15,503 nt of DNA from Candidatus Sericytochromatia bacterium (GTDB lineage: Bacteria; Cyanobacteriota; Sericytochromatia; S15B-MN24; JAQBPE01), in the NCBI GenBank assembly GCA_040400605.1, contig JBBAPZ010000009.1, forward strand, positions 1 through 15,503, in the 5' to 3' direction. A program made the position numbers and the translations under genes. Each line of letters opens with the position of its first letter. Positions within the stretch are counted from its first letter, which is position 1. Below are positions 1 to 7,655 of the stretch, piece after piece. The notes beneath the pieces were generated by a model that made no database searches, had not been told where the DNA came from, and saw only the letters and a program-made list of their open reading frames with translations.

Positions 1-342
1 AAGGTCAATACTTTTGATGAAAAATTTTTTCTTTTCTGATCAGACAACCGATCAATGCAAAACGTTTATCGGCCAGAAGTGACCACGTGCGCATCGAAAT
101 TCTGACGCGACGGTCTCAACCGATGCAGAAGATGCCGCACGTCAACTTGCCAGTCAAGACGAGTACGATTATCCAACGGCCTCACTGACAGGCTCAATAG
201 TCAATTTTTTATTCGGCGATTTCTGCCAAGGTTCATGATGAGTGCCCATCATGTCTGAAATCAGTCCGGGACCGCGGCAGGTTGCTGAGGCTATTTGCCG
301 CTTATCCCGTGCCACAGAGACGAACCCGAAACGCCTGAAGCG

Positions 343-351
343 TGATAAAAT
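343..351 (+). promoter_or_regulatory. Putative extended -10 promoter element for def-udk
   Basis: TG-A-TAAAAT at 343-351, about 90 nt upstream of the def start. No convincing -35 seen. Confidence 0.4.
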
Positions 352-438
352 AGGGGTGCTGCAGGTTTTCTGGCAAGAAAGAAGCGGCCTGTGGCTTTGG
401 TCGTGATATCAAGTAAGTTTAGAGGAGCGAAGGTCAAC

Positions 439-960
439 GTGGCGATTCTGGAAATCCGCACCATCGGTGACGACGTCTTGCGGCAGGTAGCGGAACCGGT
501 CCGCAAGGTCAATGCACAAATCAAAACGTTGGTCTCAGATATGTTTGAGACGATGTACGCATCGGATGGCGTTGGCTTAGCTGCGCCACAGGTTGGGGTT
601 GGCAAGCGTTTGTTCGTCATCGACGTCGGTGACCACGAGCCTTTTGCCTTGATCAATCCGGTTTTGGTGAAAGGCTGGGAGCCTGTGCTGGACCAGGAAG
701 GATGCTTGAGTGTTCCTGGTGTGTATATGCCGGTAACGAGATTCAAGCGCGTATTGTTTAAAGGTCGAAACATCCAAGACCGTGCCGTGACAATTGAAGC
801 CAGTGCTTTACTGGCACGGGCCCTTCAGCATGAACTCGATCACCTCGACGGCAAAATTTTTGTCGACCTGGTTGAAGACAAGCTGACACTGGAGCAAGAA
901 CTGGCAGAGATGCGTCGTCGCTTGAACAACAAACAGAAAGCGGCGGTCACTGGTGCCTAA
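439..960 (+). CDS. def: Peptide deformylase
   Basis: All three PDF motifs are present: GVGLAAPQVG, EGCLSVPG and QHELDHLDG (HExxH). Start placed at GTG 439 (MAILEIRTIGDDVLR) behind the RBS AGAGGAG at 421-427, rather than the ORF-track start at 391. Confidence 0.96.
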   Translation: MAILEIRTIGDDVLRQVAEPVRKVNAQIKTLVSDMFETMYASDGVGLAAPQVGVGKRLFVIDVGDHEPFALINPVLVKGWEPVLDQEGCLSVPGVYMPVTRFKRVLFKGRNIQDRAVTIEASALLARALQHELDHLDGKIFVDLVEDKLTLEQELAEMRRRLNNKQKAAVTGA

Positions 961-1603
961 ACCGTTTGTAATTGGTGTTGCGGGTGGGTCGGGTTCCGGT
1001 AAAACAACCGTGGCCAGGAAAATTCTCGACATTGTAGGCCGTGACCGTGTCGCACACCTGCTGCACGACCATTATTATCACGACCTCGGTCATCTGTCGC
1101 TTGAAGAACGGGCTCGTGTCAATTTCGACCATCCGGATTCCTTGGATAATGCGCTGTTTAGGGCGCATTTGCAACAATTGATCGAGCAACGGCCAGTGGA
1201 CTGTCCGGAGTATGATTTCAAGAATCATCGCCGTTTAACTCAGCGTGTATCAATTTTCCCTCGCCAGGTCATACTCGTTGAGGGCATCCTGATTTTTGCG
1301 GATCCTTCGTTGCGCCTGTTGATGGATCTTCGCGTTTTCGTCGATACAGATGCTGACTTGAGGGTCTTGCGACGCATTCAACGCGATGTCGAGGAACGCG
1401 GCAGGACCGTGCAATCCGTTATTGGTCAATATTTGACAACAGTGCGGCCGATGCACAACGAATTTGTCGCCCCGTCAAAGAAATTTGCCAATCTGGTCAT
1501 TCCCGAGGGTGGCATGAACGAAGTCGCAATCGATATTCTGACGACCAAAGTCGAAGCGATGCTGCGGCGTAGCAACACACAACCACTCCGCGCACGAAGT
1601 TGA
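953..1603 (+). CDS. udk: Uridine/cytidine kinase
   Basis: Walker A IGVAGGSGSGKTT, DHYY, NFDHP, YDFKNH, VEGIL and RRIQRDVEERGR. The His in YDFKNH is typical of dual uridine/cytidine kinases. The GTG start overlaps the end of def by 8 nt. Confidence 0.95.
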   Translation: MPKPFVIGVAGGSGSGKTTVARKILDIVGRDRVAHLLHDHYYHDLGHLSLEERARVNFDHPDSLDNALFRAHLQQLIEQRPVDCPEYDFKNHRRLTQRVSIFPRQVILVEGILIFADPSLRLLMDLRVFVDTDADLRVLRRIQRDVEERGRTVQSVIGQYLTTVRPMHNEFVAPSKKFANLVIPEGGMNEVAIDILTTKVEAMLRRSNTQPLRARS

Positions 1604-1756
1604 TTGCGCCAAGGTTTACCCTCGTTCATTCGACGCTTCTAAAGATGAGGCCAGACGCGGCATTTTACCGGGCCGAATCCCCAAGCGTGATTCCTGGCGT
1701 CGCGTTCGCCCTGTTCCTAAACAGGGACGGGTGACTACCCATGACGCAATTCCGCG

Positions 1757-1765
1757 TGCTATCAT
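1757..1765 (+). promoter_or_regulatory. Putative extended -10 promoter for the HTH gene
   Basis: TG-C-TATCAT at 1757-1765, about 105 nt upstream of the probable start. Confidence 0.35.
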
Positions 1766-1870
1766 GGCGTATCACTTCTTGCAGTTTTGTCATCTTCGCA
1801 GCCAAAGGTAGCAAAGAGCGGCAAGGCCAACTAGGCATTAAGTGTGGTGTCCCTTTCCGTACAAGAGAAA

Positions 1871-2197
1871 GTGTCAATCGTGAGACAAAGCGCCAAAAAA
1901 TTTCCTTACGTTGATAACCTGGATCAGTTGAAGTCCCTGACTGCCGAGTGCGGTGGATTCTTGTCTGTCACGGGTGCTGCACAGATGTTGGGTTGTAACC
2001 GCGCGGACATTGCCAAGTTCGAACGCAAGGGTGAGATTAGTGGTTTTAGACTCAAGACTACCTTCACTGCGGATTCGCAAATCCACGATGACAGTAAAGA
2101 TCATATTTTCATTGCACTCGACAGTGTCAAAGCTTTCGTTGAACGTAAAAAACAAGGAGTCGCCGCGCCGAAAGTTGTCGAAGCGATCGAGAACTAA
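1871..2197 (+). CDS. Small helix-turn-helix DNA-binding protein (excisionase/HTH_17, MerR-superfamily-like)
   Basis: The segment FLSVTGAAQMLGCNRADIAKFERKGEISGFRL...IFIALDSVKAFVERKK follows the HTH_17 pattern. A strong terminator hairpin follows the gene. The start is uncertain (GTG at 1844, 1871 or 1880); 1871 follows the purine-rich AAGAGAAA. Confidence 0.7.
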   Translation: MSIVRQSAKKFPYVDNLDQLKSLTAECGGFLSVTGAAQMLGCNRADIAKFERKGEISGFRLKTTFTADSQIHDDSKDHIFIALDSVKAFVERKKQGVAAPKVVEAIEN

Positions 2198-2218
2198 TCG
2201 TAAACTCATATTCGGTCA

Positions 2219-2257
2219 TAACAGACGGCGGGATTACAAGTGTCCCGCCGTCTGTTA
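2219..2257. terminator. Intrinsic terminator-like hairpin after the HTH gene
   Basis: Perfect 15-bp inverted repeat TAACAGACGGCGGGA (2219-2233) / TCCCGCCGTCTGTTA (2243-2257) with a 9-nt loop, 21 nt after the stop. The U-tail is short. Confidence 0.8.
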
Positions 2258-2542
2258 GTCTGGGTGTCATCCGATATTCGTTTGGCACGTCACAACATTT
2301 CAGTGCAATTGCCCCGTGGTCAACTGCGATACAGAAGCGCATTGATCCATGATCAAATTTTGGCTGTGATTCAATAACGGCGAGTCAGTGCCTGATATTT
2401 TGAACAAAAACCGATGCGACACCGTGTAGAACACCCCGCTGACTCGCTTGATACCCGACCAGCGGATCGCGGTGTTCGCCAGATGTCACCGAGGGCAATG
2501 CTTTGCTGCGTGTATCGTTACCGGCCATTATCAATCAGTCGG

Positions 2543-2583
2543 GAACTGCTCCGTGTAGAATTTTATTCGCTACGGAGCGGTTC
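2543..2583 (-). terminator. Stem-loop immediately downstream of the sulP stop (terminator or 3' stabiliser)
   Basis: GAACTGCTCCGT (2543-2554) / ACGGAGCGGTTC (2572-2583), 11 of 12 positions Watson-Crick, 3 nt past the sulP stop. No poly-U tail. Confidence 0.55.
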
Positions 2584-2586
2584 GGA

Positions 2587-4143
2587 TCAAACAACCAACG
2601 CTTCCGAGCGCTCTTCTCGTGGCGTCTCAGCAGCGTTGCTAGCGGATCGGCGACGGTGATAACGATTGGACAAAGCGTCCCATTCCACGACCAACCGGCC
2701 ACCCGTGACAGCGTGTTGATCACCCCACGCCTCCAACATATCCAAACACGCATGGTCAATATATTCCAAGTGATCAAAATACACATGCACCACCCGCCCT
2801 GGCTGCACCTGCTCCAGTGCACTGGCTAACTTGGGAATACTCAAAAAGGTCGCAGCCCCACTCAGATGCAACTCTGCTTCATTATTAACCGTAAATGCTC
2901 GTACTTCCAGCTTTGACAACGTCACAATCAACTTCAGCGCAGAGAGCGCGATGCCGATAATCACCCCCGCAAGTAAATTGGTGCCGACGATCGCGAGCAA
3001 CGTCGTCAGGTAGATGGCAACCTCCGCTTTGCCATACTCTGCCAACTTGCGAATCATTTTTAAATCCATCAGCTTGTAACCGGTAAACACCAATACCGCA
3101 GCAAGGCTGGCTACCGGAATGCGCTCAAGCACCCACGGCAACACCATCACGAACGCCAAAATCCAGCCACCGTGGTAAACCGCTGAAAACCGGGTCTGAG
3201 CGCCGGCTTCGACGTTCACGGAGGAGCGCACGATGACACCGGTCATCGGCAAGGCGCCCAACACACCGCACGTTGCGTTGCCGACCCCTTGGGCCACCAA
3301 TTCCACGTCGTATTTGGTTCGCAAACCATTGTGCATCCGATCCACTGCCGCGGCACTTAACAAGGTTTCAGCACTTGCAACCAATGCCAAACCAAGCGCA
3401 GCAGCCCAAATGGGCCAACCCAGATTCAATGGATTCAACTCGGCCAAAGACGGCACCTGTATCGTTGCCAAAAGATTGGCTGGGACGCTCACCAACGATA
3501 CCGACCAACCAAGCGCAGCGGTCAGCGCCGAGGCACAGACAACCGCAACCAACGCACCCGGAACCATCTTGAGTATGGCCGGTCTGAGTACATTCCACAA
3601 TACAATGAGCGCGATGGTTGTAACGCCTACGATTGCAGCCAAATGATGCGACGTCCCTTCAAGCGGCGACAGCCCGGTCTGGATCGCCTCCGGAATGGCC
3701 GCCAGGTTCGCCAAACCGGAACCACGCGGCTTGTGATCAAGCATGACATGAAACTGGCTTAACACGATCAATGCGCCAATGCCCGCCAACATGCCGTAAA
3801 TGACAGCCGGTGAAACCGCACGGAACCATTGTCCAAGGCGCAACAAACCTGCCGCGATTTGAACCAAACCTGCCATCACAACAATGACTGCCAAGGTCCT
3901 GACGCCATGGGTCTGAACAAGTTCCCACACAATGACCGATAGACCAGCCGCGGGCCCACTGACCTGCAACGGACTACCCGAAATCAAACCAACCAGAATG
4001 CCGCCAATGATTCCGGTAATCAAACCGGCAGCAGGCGGCATGCCTGATGCTATCGCAACGCCCATACACAACGGCAACGCCACCAGAAAGACCACGATCG
4101 ACGCAAGGAGATCCTTGGCCAAAACGCCTGTGTTCAATTGCAC
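2587..4143 (-). CDS. sulP: SulP/SLC26-family inorganic anion (probably bicarbonate) transporter with C-terminal STAS domain
   Basis: N-terminal signature DLLASIVVFLVALPLCMGVAIASG...GSPLQVSGPAAG; ELVAQGVGN; PMTGVIVRSSVNVEAGAQTR; many hydrophobic segments; STAS-like tail (LSGAATFL...LEYIDHACLDML). RBS GGAGG precedes the GTG start. Confidence 0.95.
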   Translation of the reverse strand: MQLNTGVLAKDLLASIVVFLVALPLCMGVAIASGMPPAAGLITGIIGGILVGLISGSPLQVSGPAAGLSVIVWELVQTHGVRTLAVIVVMAGLVQIAAGLLRLGQWFRAVSPAVIYGMLAGIGALIVLSQFHVMLDHKPRGSGLANLAAIPEAIQTGLSPLEGTSHHLAAIVGVTTIALIVLWNVLRPAILKMVPGALVAVVCASALTAALGWSVSLVSVPANLLATIQVPSLAELNPLNLGWPIWAAALGLALVASAETLLSAAAVDRMHNGLRTKYDVELVAQGVGNATCGVLGALPMTGVIVRSSVNVEAGAQTRFSAVYHGGWILAFVMVLPWVLERIPVASLAAVLVFTGYKLMDLKMIRKLAEYGKAEVAIYLTTLLAIVGTNLLAGVIIGIALSALKLIVTLSKLEVRAFTVNNEAELHLSGAATFLSIPKLASALEQVQPGRVVHVYFDHLEYIDHACLDMLEAWGDQHAVTGGRLVVEWDALSNRYHRRRSASNAAETPREERSEALVV

Positions 4144-4185
4144 GTAGAATCCTCCATTTGAAACCGTTCAAACCCTTCAAGCGGT

Positions 4186-4848
4186 CTAGCGCACGGCCCG
4201 AACTGCTCCAATCGCTTCCTTTTGAGCCTCCTCCTTTGAGATCGGCACAAACTGACCCGATTGCGACTCATAAGCAAACACCTGCCCGGTTTCAATCTTG
4301 TAGACCCAGGCATGCAAGCGCAGGTCACCCTTGGGCAAGCGTGCAGCAACCGCTGGATGGGTTCTCACGTGCTCCAGTTGCACCAGGACATTCTCCTCGA
4401 TCATGGCAGTTACCTTGGCCGGCCCTTCCAGATGCGCATAATTCTCGGACACGATACGTCGTGTGGCTTCCGCATGACGTAGCCAATCCTTGACCGCAGG
4501 TACTGCGGTCAGGCTTTCCGGTTCTAGCAATCCCTTCATTGCGCCGCAATGGGAATGTCCGCAAACAATGATGTGCTTAACCCCCAATACGGCCACCGCA
4601 TACTCGATGGTGGCTGCCTCTCCGCCAGCGTTGGTTCCGTGAGGCGGTACGATATTGCCTGCGTTACGAATGATAAACAGGTCGCCTGGAGCAGTCTGGG
4701 TCAACAAATTGGGTACGATACGCGAATCGGAACAGGTTATGAAAAGCGTTTCGGGATTTTGTCCCTCAGCCAGACGTCGAAAAAACTCACTTTGAGAAGT
4801 GAAAATGTTCTCCTGAAAATAGTGCAGGCCCTCAACGAGTTTTTGCAT
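4186..4848 (-). CDS. cynT: Beta-class carbonic anhydrase (CynT/CcaA-like, clade B)
   Basis: Zn ligands and catalytic dyad in ITCSDSR and CGHSHCGAM; also GQxP, RNAGN and IEYAV. Strong RBS AGGGAGGAGG upstream of the ATG. The symbol reflects family only, since no cyanase gene is present. Confidence 0.96.
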   Translation of the reverse strand: MQKLVEGLHYFQENIFTSQSEFFRRLAEGQNPETLFITCSDSRIVPNLLTQTAPGDLFIIRNAGNIVPPHGTNAGGEAATIEYAVAVLGVKHIIVCGHSHCGAMKGLLEPESLTAVPAVKDWLRHAEATRRIVSENYAHLEGPAKVTAMIEENVLVQLEHVRTHPAVAARLPKGDLRLHAWVYKIETGQVFAYESQSGQFVPISKEEAQKEAIGAVRAVR

Positions 4849-4902
4849 GGATTAAAAACCTCCTCCCTGATATCACGTGCGGTGTCAACGCACCGCCCAA
4901 TA

Positions 4903-4908
4903 ATCGTA
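4903..4908 (-). promoter_or_regulatory. Putative -10 element of the carbonic anhydrase-sulP operon
   Basis: TACGAT on the minus strand. The -35 position is non-consensus and abuts the first of the 11-bp-phased repeats. Confidence 0.45.
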
Positions 4909-4929
4909 GTAAAATGGTACGGGGACTCC

Positions 4930-4967
4930 CTGAATAAAACCTGAAAACAGACTGAATACCCGCTGAA
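4930..4967. promoter_or_regulatory. Four tandem CTGAA (TTCAG) direct repeats at 11-bp period; probable OmpR-family response regulator binding site
   Basis: CTGAA begins at 4930, 4941, 4952 and 4963 in the 145-bp divergent intergenic region, next to an OmpR/PhoB-family regulator gene. Confidence 0.75.
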
Positions 4968-4993
4968 GATGAGTTTCGGAATGGCAGCACTCA

Positions 4994-5701
4994 ATGGACA
5001 ATCACGCCAAGCCCAAGCATCCCCCCCGTGTCTTGGTAATCGAAGATGAACCAGATATCGCGGAACTGATCAGGCTGGAGCTAAGCGTGGAGGGCTATCA
5101 GGTAACGGTTGAACAGGATGGTTTACGCGGACTGTTGGCCGTGCGCCAGTACGCGCCTCAGTTGATCATTCTTGACCGCATGTTACCTGGCTTGGATGGT
5201 CTGGAACTCTGCCGGCGAATCCGGCAAACCAGCACGATACCGATTCTGATGCTAAGCGCCCGGGGCAATACCCGTGAGCGTATTGAAGGCTTGGACGCCG
5301 GCGCGAACGACTACCTGCCGAAACCTTTCAACCTCGACGAATTGTTGGCCCGGGTACGTGCCCAACTGCGGGTTGTGCAGCAAAATTCGCCTACCCCCTC
5401 CAGTCTTGGCGGCCTGAGCGTGGATACCACCACCCGTGACGTCAAGCGCTATGGTGTGCCAATTTTGTTGACCCCACGTGAGTACGACCTGATGCTGTAT
5501 TTTTGGCACCACCCACGACAGGTTAAAACGCGCAATCAAATCGTGGATGCCGTATGGGGAATCGATTTTCAGGGTGATGAAAATGTGCTTGAAGTCACCA
5601 TCAGCAACCTCCGTGCAAAGCTTGAGAAACAAAGTCACCCACGACTCATTCACACCTTGCGTGGGGTTGGCTACATATTGAGGGAGGACACCGAGGCGTG
5701 A
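4994..5701 (+). CDS. OmpR/PhoB-family DNA-binding response regulator (MprA/NblR-like)
   Basis: Receiver domain VLVIEDE, LIILDRMLPGLDG (phospho-Asp), MLSA and GANDYLPKPF; winged-helix domain LTPREYDL...VWG...NVLEVTISNLRAKL...IHTLRGVGY. Confidence 0.95.
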   Translation: MDNHAKPKHPPRVLVIEDEPDIAELIRLELSVEGYQVTVEQDGLRGLLAVRQYAPQLIILDRMLPGLDGLELCRRIRQTSTIPILMLSARGNTRERIEGLDAGANDYLPKPFNLDELLARVRAQLRVVQQNSPTPSSLGGLSVDTTTRDVKRYGVPILLTPREYDLMLYFWHHPRQVKTRNQIVDAVWGIDFQGDENVLEVTISNLRAKLEKQSHPRLIHTLRGVGYILREDTEA

Positions 5702-7194
5702 ACCGACCGCGCCAACGCGGGATTTTAATCCTGCTTGTGATATTCGTGGCGTTCAACCTCGCCTCATTATTCGGCGTTGTGGGTTTGGGCCTTCATAGTG
5801 TCGGACGGTTGGCTCAGCAGGAGAAACACGATATCCAGCGGGCTTTAAGCCTGTTGGATAATGCATATCAAATGCAGACAGCCTTTGAGCAATCGTTGGT
5901 GGCACTGGAAGCATTTGCCCAGACCGGCGATCGCACCTTACTGAAAAACTGGCGTGACGGACACGCCCAATTTCAAGCCATTGCGCTTGACCTGCAGGCA
6001 GTGCTTCCCACCCAGCAAGAGCGACGCGCGCTGCAACAGCTCACCCAACAGGAGTCAAACTGGTTCGTGCAGGGCCAACACCTTACCGGAATCAATTCAC
6101 GTCGACAATTCGACACTTGGTTGCGTCAAAGTCGCAAAGGTGATCATCTTCGTTTGAGCCATGCGATCGATCAAACCATCCTGACCCAACGTCAAACCGT
6201 GGGTCGCCTGTTGGGGCAAGTTGAAAATCTGCAACGACTCATTCGGTGGCAATTCGTAACCGGTTTGGTTTTATTGGTGTCAACGGCAGCAGTGCTCGCT
6301 ATCATCATCCGCAGCCGCATCTGGCTGCCGTTGAAAGAATTGACACAAGTGGCCTCCGAACTATCCCAAGGTAACTGGATGGCCCGCGCGAAGCTAAGCC
6401 ACGATGACGAATTCGGACAACTCGGCGAAACCCTTAACACCATGGCAGCACAGATCGACCAAACCGTGCGCGCGCTTCATCACAGTAACGAGGAGCTTCA
6501 GACGATGGACCGGGCCCGCGACGACTTCCTTTCCATGGTTACCCACGAACTCAAAACTCCCCTCACCGCGATCACCGGCACGGTGCAAAGACTGACCCGT
6601 GGCCGACACGGTCCCTTGTGTGAAGCACAAAGCCTGGCCCTTGATTGCATCGAACGCAACGCGTCCCGTCTGCTTCACCTTGTAGAGGAATTGCTGGATT
6701 CAACCGCCCTGAGACAAGGTCAACTGGACGTAACGCCCATTGTGACCGACTACGCACAGTTGGTTCAAGATGCCATCACCCAAGTGCAGTCCCTGGCGGA
6801 TGGCAAAGGAATTCAAATCCACTACAAAAAGCCCAGGGTCCAGCCTTTTTTGTTGGATCCACAACGCATCACGCAGGTAATCAGCAACCTGCTGTCCAAT
6901 GCCATTACCGCCACCCCTGAATCCGGCGACATCACTGTGCGCATTGAAGCAAACACCGAAGGCCTCCTCACCACCGTCAGCGACACGGGTCCAGGCATCT
7001 TACCTGAACACCAACACGATATCTTCACGGCCTTTTTCAAACTGGGCGCCAAACCAGGGAGCACCGGTCTTGGACTCTCAATCAGCAAAGCCCTCGTGGA
7101 AGCCCATCACGGTTCGATCGGCGTGCACAGCATTCCCGGTCAAGGGGCCACCTTCTGGTTTACGCTTCCCGAACACCCCAATACCCCATCCTGA
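5698..7194 (+). CDS. Membrane-bound sensor histidine kinase (TM - extracytoplasmic helical sensor - TM - HAMP - HisKA - HATPase)
   Basis: Two hydrophobic segments; HAMP (PLKELTQVASELSQGNW...DEFGQLGETLNTM); H box THELKTPLTAI; N box NLLSNA; G1 DTGPGI; G2 GSTGLGL. The GTGA overlap with the regulator stop implies translational coupling. Confidence 0.95.
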   Translation: MNRPRQRGILILLVIFVAFNLASLFGVVGLGLHSVGRLAQQEKHDIQRALSLLDNAYQMQTAFEQSLVALEAFAQTGDRTLLKNWRDGHAQFQAIALDLQAVLPTQQERRALQQLTQQESNWFVQGQHLTGINSRRQFDTWLRQSRKGDHLRLSHAIDQTILTQRQTVGRLLGQVENLQRLIRWQFVTGLVLLVSTAAVLAIIIRSRIWLPLKELTQVASELSQGNWMARAKLSHDDEFGQLGETLNTMAAQIDQTVRALHHSNEELQTMDRARDDFLSMVTHELKTPLTAITGTVQRLTRGRHGPLCEAQSLALDCIERNASRLLHLVEELLDSTALRQGQLDVTPIVTDYAQLVQDAITQVQSLADGKGIQIHYKKPRVQPFLLDPQRITQVISNLLSNAITATPESGDITVRIEANTEGLLTTVSDTGPGILPEHQHDIFTAFFKLGAKPGSTGLGLSISKALVEAHHGSIGVHSIPGQGATFWFTLPEHPNTPS

Positions 7195-7608
7195 CACATC
7201 GGACCAAGCCGACGCCAAACGTCTCCAACAAGACGTGATGCCATCCCTTGTTCATTGCAACAGTGGCCTCAATCAAACAACGGACAAAGGCGACCATTGT
7301 TTCAACCAAAACCACCGCGCCACACTTGGGCACACGTGACGAAAACGACACCGCACGACAAACCCAAGCGCAACGCTTAATGGGTTGACGCGTCACTGAC
7401 TCAGACAATCGAGAAAACACACGGCGGATGTCAACGACCATATGCCGACAAAACAACCTGCGCAAGGTTGTGAGGTAAACCTTTTGACAGGAACGGCGCG
7501 TCCCGTGAGATACGGATGACATGTGATCGCGCACGCCTTCACACCTGTCCAGCCGACATGCCGTGCCGCTTTTTGCGCCGGACAAATTACGCCAATCCTA
7601 TGCCAGAC

Positions 7609-7646
7609 AAAAAACGAAGCCGGCTCCAAAAAATGGAAACCGGCTT
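7609..7646 (-). terminator. Rho-independent terminator of tRNA-Asn
   Basis: On the minus strand, AAGCCGGTTTCCA-TTTTT-TGGAGCCGGCTT forms a hairpin followed by CGTTTTTT, about 10 nt after the tRNA 3' end. Confidence 0.8.
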
Positions 7647-7655
7647 AATTGTTAG

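Noticed and set aside
328..339. Exact 12-mer GAAACGCCTGAA also present at 7847-7858, both copies intergenic
   Set aside because: One shared 12-mer is expected by chance in 15 kb. Neither copy shows the 11-bp CTGAA phasing of the 4930-4967 array.
1770..1870. Possible riboswitch in the leader of the HTH gene
   Set aside because: I could not match the conserved core of any riboswitch class I know, and saw no expression-platform terminator.
2342..2356. Palindrome TTGATC-CAT-GATCAA resembling an FNR box
   Set aside because: The spacing is TTGAT-N5-ATCAA rather than N4, and it is not upstream of any gene start.
4157..4172. TTTGAA-N4-TTCAAA palindrome just upstream of the sulP RBS
   Set aside because: It is only a 6-bp AT-rich stem and does not cover the RBS, so it is too weak to call.
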